Shown: one piece after another, positions 12,083 to 22,579 of the stretch
Position numbering within the stretch: the first letter of the stretch is position 1
How the letters are laid out: every line of letters begins with the position of its first letter
NCBI GenBank assembly: GCA_963845755.1
Contig: CAWJTV010000033.1
Location: 1 to 64,000 of the forward strand
DNA from: an uncultured Planctomycetota bacterium
GTDB taxonomy: Bacteria > Planctomycetota > Planctomycetia > Isosphaerales > Isosphaeraceae
Direction: 5' to 3'
DNA: 64,000 bases
The notes under the pieces: model-generated
Seen by the model: only the letters and a program-made list of their open reading frames with translations
Database searches by the model: none
Told to the model about the DNA's origin: nothing
Translations under genes and position numbers: made by a program

Positions 12083-13459
12083 GTGACGATCGACTCCGCC
12101 GAGCATCCTCCGAGCGACGACGTCTCCCCGGTGACGGAAACCTGGGCGGCCGGCGATTCCGTGGATTCCCCGGTCGCGGAGACCTGGGCGGCCGATGCCG
12201 AGGCGGTCCCCCCGACCGGGAAGGCCGTGGTGACGGCGGGCGAAAAAGATCAGGATTCGGACCTCGATATCGCCGCCGCGATGCGATCCGATCCGTGGCG
12301 CCTCTCCCACATGATGATCCTGGTCGCCTTCATCGCCGTCGCCATGTGGATGGTGATCACCCTCCAGTGGCTGATCGTCGTCTGCCTGGTCCTGATGGGC
12401 TTCGCGATGATCCTGGGAATGGGATTCATCCTCGCGCGGCTGCGGGCCTCGCGCCAGGATGCGCTGCTGGGGATCCTGTCCATCGCGGCCGAGCGGGGCA
12501 TGCCGATGGCTGCCGCGGTCGCGGCATTCGCCGACCAGTTCCGGGGCCGGGCCAGGCGCCGGGTCGGGAACTTGGTCGCCCTCCTCGATGCCGGGACCCT
12601 GCTCCCCGAGGCGCTCAAGGAGACGCCCAAGGCCGTGTCCCGAGACACCGTCCTGATGGCCTGGATCGGACAGGTGACCGGACGGCTCTCCCAGGCTCTC
12701 CGCCTCGCCGACACCGCTCGCTCCTCCCAGTTATCGCTCTGGATGGCGATCTCCTCGCGCCTCGCCTACTTGCTCGGGATGCTCCTCGCCATGCAGGGCA
12801 TCATGATCTATTTAATCCTCTGGTGTATCCCTAGACTCGAGGCCATACTCAACGACTTCGGCTACCGGATGCCCGAGCTCACGGTCTCGGTCATCCGGCT
12901 TTCCCGCAAGCTCGTCGATTATGGGCCGATCTCCATCCTCTTGATCCTGTCCGAAATGCTGCTCCTCTTCTACGTCCCGTTCTCGTTCTCCGGGTGGATG
13001 AATTACAAGGTCCCGTTCTTCGATCGCCTGCTGATCCGCCGGCATGCGGCGCTGGTCCTGCGTGCACTCTCGATCGTGATCGAGTCGAACCAGCCGATCG
13101 GGCTGGGGCTCTCGACCCTGGCGAACTACTATCCCACGCGGTGGATTCGCCGGCGGCTGGTCCGCGTGGAGAAGGATGTCCGGCTGGGATCGGATTGGAT
13201 GGCCTCATTGTGGCGGGCCGGCATCCTCCGCAAGACCGATGTCGAGGTCCTCGGCTCGGCGGCGTCGGTCGGCAACCTGTCGTGGGCGCTCCGAGAGCTG
13301 GCCGAGACCTGCGAACGACGGCTGGCGCTCCGGATGCAGGCGGTCGCCCAGACGCTCTTCCCCCTGGCCATCGTCATGATGGGCCTGGTGATCGGCTTGT
13401 TCGCGATTTCGTATTTCTTACCTCTGGTGCAAATCATCGGGGAGCTGGCAGACCAATGA
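12083..13459 (+). CDS. Type II secretion system F-family protein 3 with N-terminal TM extension
   Basis: LSIAAERGMPM, IPRLEAILNDFGYRMPELT and ASVGNLSWALRELAE; GTG start at 12083. Confidence 0.8.
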   Translation: MTIDSAEHPPSDDVSPVTETWAAGDSVDSPVAETWAADAEAVPPTGKAVVTAGEKDQDSDLDIAAAMRSDPWRLSHMMILVAFIAVAMWMVITLQWLIVVCLVLMGFAMILGMGFILARLRASRQDALLGILSIAAERGMPMAAAVAAFADQFRGRARRRVGNLVALLDAGTLLPEALKETPKAVSRDTVLMAWIGQVTGRLSQALRLADTARSSQLSLWMAISSRLAYLLGMLLAMQGIMIYLILWCIPRLEAILNDFGYRMPELTVSVIRLSRKLVDYGPISILLILSEMLLLFYVPFSFSGWMNYKVPFFDRLLIRRHAALVLRALSIVIESNQPIGLGLSTLANYYPTRWIRRRLVRVEKDVRLGSDWMASLWRAGILRKTDVEVLGSAASVGNLSWALRELAETCERRLALRMQAVAQTLFPLAIVMMGLVIGLFAISYFLPLVQIIGELADQ

Positions 13460-13959
13460 GGGTGCGACCTTTCGCGAAGCGCGATCGGACGAGACCGTGG
13501 CCCGTTCGCGGCCGGTCCTCAGGTGTCCGGGCCGGCAGGCAGGTTCCCGTTCGCCCGCGCCGTGGCTCGCTGCTGGCCGAAGTCGCGATGGCTACGGTGA
13601 TGTTGATGATCGGCATGACGTTGACACTCAAGGTCACGGGCTACGCGGGTCACCAGCGTCGATCGGCGGACCAGAGGCAGCGGGCCGTTCAGGAGGTCGC
13701 GAACGCGATGGAACGCCTCACCGCCCATCCGTTCGAAGAAGTCACCGTCGAGCGCGGCCGCGCCCTGTCGATCTCCCGGGCGGCCGTCCAATCGCTCCCC
13801 GGCGCCGAGCTGACCGTCGCGGTCGACGAGTCGCAGCCCGGCGCCGGCCGGTCGGCCAAGCGAATTGCGATCCGGCTCCGATGGCGCAACCGCGTCGGCG
13901 AATGGGAAGCGCCCGTCCGTCTCACCACCTGGCTCGAACGGCGGAGGCCGACCCCATGA
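13456..13959 (+). CDS. Minor pseudopilin / prepilin-type protein
   Basis: RRG-SLLAEV class III signal (Glu at +5) followed by a hydrophobic helix. Confidence 0.7.
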   Translation: MRVRPFAKRDRTRPWPVRGRSSGVRAGRQVPVRPRRGSLLAEVAMATVMLMIGMTLTLKVTGYAGHQRRSADQRQRAVQEVANAMERLTAHPFEEVTVERGRALSISRAAVQSLPGAELTVAVDESQPGAGRSAKRIAIRLRWRNRVGEWEAPVRLTTWLERRRPTP

Positions 13960-14588
13960 TGATCGTCAGACTTCCCGCCCGGCCTGGGACGCGAAGTCCC
14001 GGGTCGGGAGCGGATCGGATGAACCAACGACGACGGCCGCGACGCGGCATCACGCTCATCGAGGTTATCGTCGTCATGAGCGGCGTCGCCGTCGCGCTGG
14101 GTCTTTGCGCCGTCACGATTCAGCTCCTGCTCCGGCTCAATGGTGATGGTCATGCTCGGTTGAACGCCTCGGCATCGTTCGCCCGGCTGGCCAGTCAATT
14201 CCGCGAAGACGTCCATGCCTGCGATGAAGTCGTGCTCCTGCCGGCGGCGAAGGCCGCCGCCGAGCCGGGCAAGACGAAAGGGGCGGCGAGCCTGCGGCTG
14301 ACCCTCGATCCCAAGACCTTCGTCACCTACGAGGCACGAGAGGGCCGAGTGGCTCGCGTCGAGACCGCATCGGGAACGAGGACGGAGCACGAATCGTATC
14401 GCGTCGGCAAGGGAAATGTCGTCGCGTTCGAGCAGCGGGATGAAGGGGCGATTCGATTCGTGGTCATGGTCATGAGCCGGGAGGTCGGCAAGGGGCAGCT
14501 CGAGCCGCCCCGCCCGCTCGAAGTCCTGGCCTTGCCGGGCAAGGACCGGCCCGCGGCATCGAGAACGAAGGGAGACCGGCCGAGATGA
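13956..14588 (+). CDS. Prepilin-type N-terminal cleavage/methylation protein (GspJ-like)
   Basis: RRG-ITLIEVIVVM motif. Confidence 0.75.
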   Translation: MMIVRLPARPGTRSPGSGADRMNQRRRPRRGITLIEVIVVMSGVAVALGLCAVTIQLLLRLNGDGHARLNASASFARLASQFREDVHACDEVVLLPAAKAAAEPGKTKGAASLRLTLDPKTFVTYEAREGRVARVETASGTRTEHESYRVGKGNVVAFEQRDEGAIRFVVMVMSREVGKGQLEPPRPLEVLALPGKDRPAASRTKGDRPR

Positions 14589-14993
14589 TCGTCTCAACCG
14601 CGAACCCAGCACGTCGCCGGGGCTTGACCACGGTCGCGGTGCTGGTCTGCCTGATCATCATTACGATGATCTCCGGGGCTGTGATCCGGGTCGGGTCGGT
14701 GCGCCGGGATGAGGTCCGGGCCCAGGAGCGAAGCCTCCAGGCCGAGTGGCTCGCCGAGGCCGGAATCCAGCGGGCGCGCGCGGCTCGCCGCCGATCCGAC
14801 CTACACCGGCGAGACATGGGAGATCGCCGCTCGCGACCTCGATTCGGCAGATACCGCCCTCGTCACGATCACTGCCGGACCGGCGCCCGGCGAGCCGAAA
14901 CGTCGTATCGTCCGCGCCCAGGCCGATTATCCCCGCGACCCGCCCCGGCGGGCGCGCCACACCAAGGTTGACGAGTTTCCCGGTTCGGGCTAA
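14585..14993 (+). CDS. PilX/GspK-like minor pseudopilin (frameshift ~14780)
   Basis: RRG-LTTVAVLV (no Glu+5) and QAEWLAEAGIQRA, continuing as RLAADPTYTGETWEI in the next frame. Confidence 0.65.
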
Positions 14994-15044
14994 CCCTAAC
15001 CGTCGTGGAAGACGAGTCTCAAGCGAACGAACAGGAGTTGAGTC

Positions 15045-15987
15045 ATGATCCGCGGTTCCGGTGATCCCGAACCTGGCGCCTCGAGGAAAGCCCGTCGGAG
15101 ATCGGCCCCGTCGTGGGGTTTCACACTCATTGAGTTGTTGGTGGTGATCGCGATCATCGCGGTGCTGATCGCGCTCTTGTTGCCGGCCGTGCAGGCGGTG
15201 CGCGAGGCCGCGCGGCGGGCCCAGTGCCTCAACTGCCTGATGCAACTGGGGCTCGCCTTGCAGAACTATGAATCGTCGCACGAAGCATTCCCGCCGGGCG
15301 TGGTGAACGACACCGGGCCCGTCCTCGATCAGCCCAAGGGCTACCACTACGGCTGGATGGTCCGGATCTTGCCCTATTGCGAGATGAGGAACATCTACAA
15401 CCATTTCAACCTCAGCCTGGGTCTCTACGAGGCCCAGAACCTGTTCGACCCGGACGACGCTGGTCAGGAGCTACCTCTGCCCTTCGGATAACGGGCTCGA
15501 TCGCGCGCCGAATAACGTGGCGATGACCAATTACGTCGGCTGCCATAACGACGCCGAGGCGCCCATCGACGCCAAGAACAACGGGGTCTTCTTCCTCAAC
15601 GCCGCCATGCGCTACCAGGACATCCCCGACGGCTCGTCCCAGACGATCTTCCTGGGCGAGAAGTTGAACGACGGCACGGGCCAGGGCTGGGCCTCGGGCA
15701 CGCGCGCCAGCCTGCGGAACATGGGCACGGGGATCAACCTGGCGGTCAACATTCCGGGTTCCCCTGCGCAGGCGATCGCCCAGGACGCGGCCGCGGATCC
15801 GACCGCGCCGAAGGTCACTCCCGGTACGCCGACCTTCGTGGGGGGATTTGCCAGCCGGCATCCCGGCCTGGTCAACTTCTCGATGGGGGATGGCTCGGCC
15901 AAGTACATGAGGACTTCGGCCGGCAGCGGCGTGCTCAAGCTGCTGGCGAACCGCGCCGACGGCGAGGTGATCGATGGCGGTTATTGA
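15045..15987 (+). CDS. DUF1559 prepilin-type protein, copy 1 (frameshift ~15445)
   Basis: [35 protein letters not shown]-terminal H-X9-DG motif ([12 protein letters not shown]). Confidence 0.9.
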
Positions 15988-16891
15988 CCCGAGGATCAAG
16001 CCGATGCGCGGACGATCGGGCTTCACGCTGATCGAATTGCTGGTGGTGATCGCGACCATCTCGATGATGATCGCGCTCTTGTTGCCGGCCGTGCAAGCGT
16101 GCCGCGAGGCTGCACGACGGGCCTCGTGCCGCAACAACCTGATGCAGCTCGGGGTCGCCGTGCAGAACTACGAATCGTCGTTCGAGGTGTATCCGCCGGG
16201 CGTGGTCAACGACACCGGCCCGGTCCTCGATCAGCCCAAGGGCTACCACTACGGCTGGATGGTCCGGATCCTGCCCTACTGTGAGATGAGGAACATCTAC
16301 AACCACTTCAACCTCAAGTTGAGCCTGTACGAGACCCAGAACCTGACGACCCGGAGGACGCTGGTCAAGGGCTTCCTCTGCCCATCCGACAATGGGCTCA
16401 ATCGTGCGCCGAATGACGTGGCGATGACCAATTACGTCGGTTGCCATCATGACGTCGAGGCGCCCATCGACGTCAAGAACGACGGGGTCTTCTTCCTCAA
16501 CGTCGCCGTGCGCTACGAGGACATCCCCGACGGCTCCTCGCAGACGATCTTCCTGGGCGAGAAGCTGAACGACGGCACGGGCCAGGGCTGGGCCTCGGGC
16601 ACGCGCGCCAGCCTGCGGAACATGGGCACGGGGATCAACTCGGCGGTCAACATTCCGGGTTCCCGGCCGCAGGACATCGCCCGGGACTTGGCCGCGGACC
16701 CGGCCGCGCCGAAATACACTCCCGGTACGCCGATGTTCGTGGGAGGGTTCGCCAGCCGGCATCCCGGCGGCGGCGATTTCCTGTTCGGCGACAGCTCGGT
16801 CCAATTCCTCAAGACCTCGACCGGCGGCGGAATCCTCAGGCTGCTGGCAAACCGGGCCGATCACGAGGTGCTCGACAACGCCCGCTATTGA
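15974..16891 (+). CDS. DUF1559 prepilin-type protein, copy 2
   Basis: [10 protein letters not shown]...REAARR and [13 protein letters not shown]9-DS variant (HPGGGDFLFGDS). Confidence 0.9.
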   Translation: MAVIDPRIKPMRGRSGFTLIELLVVIATISMMIALLLPAVQACREAARRASCRNNLMQLGVAVQNYESSFEVYPPGVVNDTGPVLDQPKGYHYGWMVRILPYCEMRNIYNHFNLKLSLYETQNLTTRRTLVKGFLCPSDNGLNRAPNDVAMTNYVGCHHDVEAPIDVKNDGVFFLNVAVRYEDIPDGSSQTIFLGEKLNDGTGQGWASGTRASLRNMGTGINSAVNIPGSRPQDIARDLAADPAAPKYTPGTPMFVGGFASRHPGGGDFLFGDSSVQFLKTSTGGGILRLLANRADHEVLDNARY

Positions 16892-17845
16892 TTCAAGGAA
16901 CGTTATTGATGACGAGACGACCGGGTTTCACGCTGATCGAGTTGCTGGTGGTGATGGCGATCATTTCGATGATGGTTGTGCTCTTGTTGCCGGCCGTGCA
17001 AGCGTGCCGCGAGGCTGCACGACGGGCCTCGTGCTGCAACAACCTGATGCAGCTCGGGGTCGCCGTGCAGAACTACGAATCGTCGTTCGAGGTGTATCCG
17101 CCGGGCGTGGTCAACGACACCGGCCCGGTCCTCGATCAGCCCAAGGGCTACCACTACGGCTGGATGGTCCGGATCCTGCCCTACTGTGAGATGAGGAACA
17201 TCTACAACCATTTCAACCTCAAGTTCAGCCTGTACGAGACCCAGAACCTGACGACCCGGACGACGCTGGTCAGGAGCTTCCTCTGCCCATCCGACAATGG
17301 GCTCAATCGCGCGCCGAATGACGTGGCGATGACCAATTACGTGGGCTGCCATCATGACGTCGAGGCGCCCATCGACGCCAAGAACAACGGGGTCTTCTTC
17401 CTCAACGCCGCCATGCGCTACGAGGACATCCCCGACGGCTCCTCGCAGACGATCTTCCTGGGCGAGAAGCTGAACGACGGCACGGGCCAGGGCTGGGCCT
17501 CGGGCACTGCGCCAGCCTGCGGAACATGGGCACGGGGATCAACTCGGCGGTCAACATTCCGGGTTCCCGGCCGCAGGACATCGCCCGGGACTTGGCCGCG
17601 GACCCGGCCGCGCCGAAATTCACTCCCGGTACGCCGAGCTTCGTGGGGGGATTCGCCAGCCGGCATCCCGGCGGCGCCAATTTCACGTTCGGCGACGGCT
17701 CGGTCCGCTTCCTCAAGAACTCGACCGGTGGCGGAGTCCTCAAGCTAATGGCAAACCGGGCCGATCACGAGGTGCTCGACAACGCCCGATATTGATTCAA
17801 GGAACGTTATTGATGACGAGACGACCGGGTTTCACACTGATCGAG
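16021..17845 (+). repeat. ~905-bp near-identical tandem duplication covering DUF1559 copies 2 and 3
   Basis: Matching blocks at offset 905 (16091 vs 16996). The stop, intergenic and start junction sequence occurs twice (16870-16941 and 17774-17845). Confidence 0.9.
16909..17795 (+). CDS. DUF1559 prepilin-type protein, copy 3 (frameshift ~17508)
   Basis: Nearly identical to copy 2; HPGGANFTFGDG in the second fragment. Confidence 0.9.
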
Positions 17846-18703
17846 CTGCTGATGGTGGCCACGATCATCGCCATCTTGATCGCGCTGCTGCTGCCCTCGG
17901 TCCAGTCGGCGCGAGAGCTTGCACGGCGGACCCAGTGTCATAACAACCTGCTCCAGCTCGGCATCGCCATGGGCCACTATGTCTCGACGCACGAGGTCCT
18001 CCCGCCCGGCGTGGTCAACGACAAGGGACCGATTCAGAACGTGCCGACGGGATATCACTTCGGCTGGGCCGTCCAGATCCTGCCGTTTCTCGAGCAGAGG
18101 AATCTCCACCGCCAGTTCGATTTCCGCCGCGGCATCTACGAAGGGAGGAACGTCACGGTCCAGAGCGGCCGGATCGGGACCTTCCTGTGCTCGTCGGACC
18201 CATGGGCTGGCTCGTCGAACTACATGGGCTGCCACCATGACGTCGAGGCACCGATCGATGCGGATAACCACGGCGTCCTCTACCTGAACAGCCACGTGGC
18301 GTACGACGACATCACCGATGGGCCAGCCTACACCTTCCTGCTCGGCGAGGGCCGGTCTGGTGCGTCGCTCACTTGGGCCTCGGGAACCCGGGCCACACTC
18401 CGCAATACCGGCTCCGGCATCAATGCGCCCGATCCCACGGTCGCGGGCGCCCGTCCCGGTCGCCTCTGGGGCACTCCCACCGCGAGTGCGGCGCAGAGCC
18501 TGGACGAAATCAAGGCGCTCATCAAGGCGGGCACGTTGCCGATCAACTTCGTCGGCGGGTTCAGCAGCCACCACCCGTTGGGCGCCAATTTCCTGTTCTG
18601 CGACGGCTCAGTCCGATTCCTGAAGCAGTCGATCAACCCGCGCGTCTATCGCTTCCTCGGCAACCGCGCCGATGGCGAGCTGATCGACTCGGATCAGTAT
18701 TGA
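17813..18703 (+). CDS. DUF1559 prepilin-type protein, copy 4
   Basis: [10 protein letters not shown]...SARELARRTQC; HPLGANFLFCDG. Confidence 0.9.
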   Translation: MTRRPGFTLIELLMVATIIAILIALLLPSVQSARELARRTQCHNNLLQLGIAMGHYVSTHEVLPPGVVNDKGPIQNVPTGYHFGWAVQILPFLEQRNLHRQFDFRRGIYEGRNVTVQSGRIGTFLCSSDPWAGSSNYMGCHHDVEAPIDADNHGVLYLNSHVAYDDITDGPAYTFLLGEGRSGASLTWASGTRATLRNTGSGINAPDPTVAGARPGRLWGTPTASAAQSLDEIKALIKAGTLPINFVGGFSSHHPLGANFLFCDGSVRFLKQSINPRVYRFLGNRADGELIDSDQY

Positions 18704-18720
18704 ATCCAGGGGATTCGCCG

Positions 18721-19548
18721 ATGGGGAAGGGACGGCGTCCGGGCTTCACCTTGATCGAGCTCCTCATGGTCGCCGCGATCATCACGGTCTTGATCACGCT
18801 GCTCCTGCCGGCGGTCATGACCGGCGCGCGACGGCCCGGAGGGTCCAGTGCACCAATAACTTGCTCCAGCTCGGCATCGGCCTGGGCAACTATGTCTCGA
18901 CGCATCAGGTCCTACCGCCGGGTGTGGTTGACCACAAGGGACCGATCCTGGATGTGCCGCGCGGGTATCACTTCGGCTGGGCCGTGCAGATCCTCCCATA
19001 CTTCGAACAGAGGAACCTTTACGATCAGTTCGATTTCCGCCGTGGCCTCTACGAGGGGAGGAACATCACGGTGCAGGGCGGGGGATTGGCGATATTCCAT
19101 TGCCCGTCGGGCGGGAGCGGTTACGCCGGCTGCCATCATGATATTGAAGCCCCGATCGACGTTGACAACCACGGGGTGCTGTTCCTCAACAGTCACGTGG
19201 CCTACGACGACATCACCGATGGACGAGCCTACACCATTTTGCTCGGGGAGATCTCAGGCCCGATGTCGCTCGGTTGGGCGTCCGGGACGCGGGCGTCACT
19301 CCGGAATACCGGCCTTGGCATCAATGCACCCGATCCTACGTCGTTGGGGACCGGGTTCAACGCGCGTCCCGTCCGCGACATTGCCGCTCACCTTCGTCGG
19401 CGGCTTCGGCAGCCGGCACGTTGGGGGAGCTAACTTCCTGTTCTGCGATGGCACGGTCCAGTTCCTCAAGGAGACGATCGACCCACGCATCTTCCGATCG
19501 CTCGGGAACCGCGCCGACGGCAACTTGATCGATGGCAAACAATTCTGA
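18721..19548 (+). CDS. DUF1559 prepilin-type protein, copy 5 (frameshifted)
   Basis: [10 protein letters not shown]; body similar to copy 4; HVGGANFLFCDG. Confidence 0.85.
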   Translation: MGKGRRPGFTLIELLMVAAIITVLITLLLPAVMTGARRPGGSSAPITCSSSASAWATMSRRIRSYRRVWLTTRDRSWMCRAGITSAGPCRSSHTSNRGTFTISSISAVASTRGGTSRCRAGDWRYSIARRAGAVTPAAIMILKPRSTLTTTGCCSSTVTWPTTTSPMDEPTPFCSGRSQARCRSVGRPGRGRHSGIPALASMHPILRRWGPGSTRVPSATLPLTFVGGFGSRHVGGANFLFCDGTVQFLKETIDPRIFRSLGNRADGNLIDGKQF

Positions 19549-19707
19549 GAGCCTTCGGCCGACGCTGCGATGGCCTTCCACTCGCATCGGTCCGGCCTCT
19601 CGATTATCGTAGGGAGCGACACCATGAGATCGTCTCCGGCCGACGATCGCGTAGAGCATTGCTCTCGCGAGCCCATGAGGATGGTCATGTCGAACTCGAA
19701 GTGAATT

Positions 19708-21443
19708 GGGTGTAACTACTGACTTCGCTCGTCGCTGTGTCGCCACAGGTGCATGAAAGATCAACGGTTTATGGAGTCGAGTCCGTTCGGCGGGGTCTCG
19801 AAATGGCCCTCCCAACGCGGTACATTCCTGGGATGCTAACAATGTCCAAGGATGTCCCGCATCGGAGAGGAGCCAAGCCCATGCTCGCCACCACCGCACC
19901 CGCCGTCAAGCGTCCGACCTACTCCACCCCCGAACAGGCCAGCTGCTCCGAGGCCATCGATCGGTCCCTCAAGATCTTCTGGACCCTCGTCGAACGCCTC
20001 CACTCCGCCGCCGACCAGCAACGAGCCGATCCACCAGGTCGAAGAGACCATCTTTCGTGAACTCCTGGTGATGGGACTCGACTTGCTCCGGGCGTTCCTG
20101 GCCTCTCCGGCGACGGCGACGTCGGGCCGAACCTGACCATCAGCGGCGACGGCCCGGTCGACCCGCCTCAGGTCTTGCCTCGCCTCGATCAGCCGCGCCG
20201 ACGCCCCTACCTGTCGATCTTCGGCGAGGTCGAGATCGAGCGGATCGGCTACGGCCATGACCGACTCGAAGCCGCCCCGCTCGATGCCCGACTCCATCTC
20301 CCGCGGCGGCAGTATTCGTACCTGTTCCAGCAGTGGCTCGGGGTGTTCGTCGTCGATGATGCCCATGCCGAGGCGATCAAGAAGCTCCAGACGATCCTGG
20401 GGTTGGCGGTCTCGGTCAAGGCCTCGGAAGACCTCAACCGCGAGCAGGGCAGCGACGTGGAGCCGTTCCAGAACCACCTGGCGACGCCCGACGCGGCCGA
20501 GGAGGGCCCGATCCTGGTGGTGACGGCCGACTGCAAAGGGGTGCCCCTGGTGCGCTCGGCACTGCCGCCCGAGGAGACGACCGCCACCCCGCTGCCAAAG
20601 TCGGCGAACTCGCGTCGTGGCAAGGGCGAGAAGGCGAACAAGAAGAAGATGGCGGCGGTGGGTGCGGTCTACACGATCGACCCGTTCGTGCGCACCGCCG
20701 ACGAGGTGATCGACGAGGTCCTGAGGAAGAAGGCCGCCAAGCGTCGCCCGAAGCCCGCGCACAAGCGGGTGCGGGCCGAGCTGTTGGTGGGCAAGGTGGC
20801 GTTGTTCCTCTGGCTGGCCGACGAGGTCATCCGTCGCAACCCGACGGCGACCAAGCCGTTGATCTTCCTCTCGGACGGGGAGCGCGCGTTGCACGATCGC
20901 CAGGGCGAGTACCTGCCTGAGAACGCGATCTGTATCCTGGACCTGTTCCACGTCATGGAGCGGTTGTGGAAGGCGGCGTGGTGCTTCTTCGACGAGTCGA
21001 CCCAGAAGCCGGAGGCGCACCGGTGGGTGGAGAAGGAGTTGCGGATGCTCCTGGAAGGGAAGGTGCGATATGTGGTCGGCGGGTTGCGTCAGATGATGAC
21101 CAAGCGGGAGTTGAAGGGGGCGCGTCGCAAGACGGTGCGCGAGGTGGCGGGTTATTTCGCAGCGGAACCGGGCGCGGATGAAGTACGACGAGTATCTTGC
21201 GGCGGGTTACCCGATCGGCAGTGGCGTGGTGGAGGGGGCGTGTCGGCATCTGGTGAAAGACCGGTTGGAGCGTGCCGGGATGCGTTGGCATCCCGAGGGC
21301 GCGCAAGCGATGCTCAACCTGCGCGCGACGTACCTCAACGGGGAGTGGGACTCGTTCTGGGCCTACCATATCGAACAGGAAGACGAGCGGCTATACAGGA
21401 AGCTCCGGGAAACTGGATAAGGACAGATCCGGTAGTTACACCC
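19708..21443 (+). mobile_element. ISKra4-family insertion sequence (1736 bp)
   Basis: 12-bp terminal inverted repeats GGGTGTAACTAC / GTAGTTACACCC. Flanking 9-bp direct repeats AAGTGAATT / AAATGAATT differ at one position. Confidence 0.85.
19881..21420 (+). CDS. ISKra4-family transposase (frameshifts ~20020, ~20105 and ~21160)
   Basis: YLSIFGEV, PLDARLHLP..YSY, VVTADCKGVP, LSDGE, ILDLFHVMERLWKAA and MKYDEYLAAGYPIGSGVVEGACRHLVKDRLE. Confidence 0.9.
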
Positions 21444-21706
21444 AAATGAATTCGGTTACTTTTTGTCGCGTGCATGGCGATGGCCACGGCGCCGGCAACT
21501 TCCCGGGCGGGCGGACCCGGTTCGACTCATGACCATTCGCAGTACCGCTTGGATCCGGTGACGGTGCAGCGGCATGGCGCCGGCTATCGCTATCCCCAGG
21601 CCGGCTGGATCGCCGATCCGAGGGCTGGCGGTCCCATCCCCATCGTCCCAATGCGACCACGCATCGTCGGGAACCAGCCCAACGGCAGGATGAGGGACAG
21701 TCTGAA

Positions 21707-22544
21707 TCAGGCGAGGTGCGGAAGGAAGAAGACGGTCGTGACCAGGACTGCGAAGATGGCAAGCACGGTCAGCACGCGAGTCGTGGGTCGCGTGGCCAGT
21801 TCGCGACGGTCGGTCAGCAGGGCAGCGGGCAGGAACCAGCCGACCGCGAGGCCACCCAGCAGACCGCCGATATGACCGGCATTCGAGACGATCGGACTGA
21901 GCAGGCCCAGGGCCAGGGTATAGGTGGCCCATACCGCCAGTACGATAGCCACTCGATGATCCCGCACCTCAATCCGATGCCGATGGGCCACGATCGTCGT
22001 AAGCACTGCGCCGGCCAGTCCGAAGATGGCTCCCGAGGCGCCGACCGTGGGTGTCGCCGTGGTCATGGTCAACAAGCGATCCGACCACACAGGCCGCCAG
22101 GTAGAGGAACAGGAAGGCGCCGCGGCCGAAGGCATGTTCACAGGCCATGCCCAGAATGAACAGCATCACGAGATTGCCGATCAAATGTTCGGCGTTTGCG
22201 TGCATGAAGCCCCCGGAGATCAACCGCCAGAGTTGCCCCCGAAGAACCTCGTCACGAGACATCGCGCCGGTCTCCACGACTCGCAGGCGGTTGTCCAGGC
22301 CGCCGACCCAGACCTGACGAACATAGACGGCGATACAGACGAGCATCAGTGCGATGGTCACGGGCGGGAACACCTTCATTCCCGCCTCGAAGTCTACCCG
22401 CTCCTGATGCAGCATGTCGTGACTGATGACCGGAATGTCCTCGGAATCCTCGTCGATGCGACGAAGCAGTTCTTCCCCATCGGAGCGGGCCGGCTCCAAC
22501 GGTGCTTCGGAGTCGTCGACAAAGGGCGAGTCGTCGTTCTTCAT
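21707..22544 (-). CDS. Rhomboid-family intramembrane serine protease (frameshift ~22070)
   Basis: WRLISGGFMH, HLIGNL, catalytic GASG and NAGHIGG. Confidence 0.85.
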
Positions 22545-22579
22545 GGTGTCGCCCCGCCCCGATGGTCTCGATCTGGTCA

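Larger units (their letters stand above)
19687..21620 (+). pseudogene. Remnant 5' end of a secreted protein gene (possibly a C45-peptidase-like N-terminus) interrupted by ISKra4
   Basis: Joining the IS flanks gives in-frame MSNSK*IRLLFVACMAMATAPATSRAG...YRLDPVTVQRHGAGYRYPQAGWI, after which similarity is lost. The family call is from memory only. Confidence 0.45.

Noticed and set aside
15045..17845. DUF1559 near-identical repeats as a diversity-generating retroelement (TR/VR pair)
   Set aside because: Differences between copies are not adenine-specific, the repeats span whole genes, and there is no reverse transcriptase in the window.
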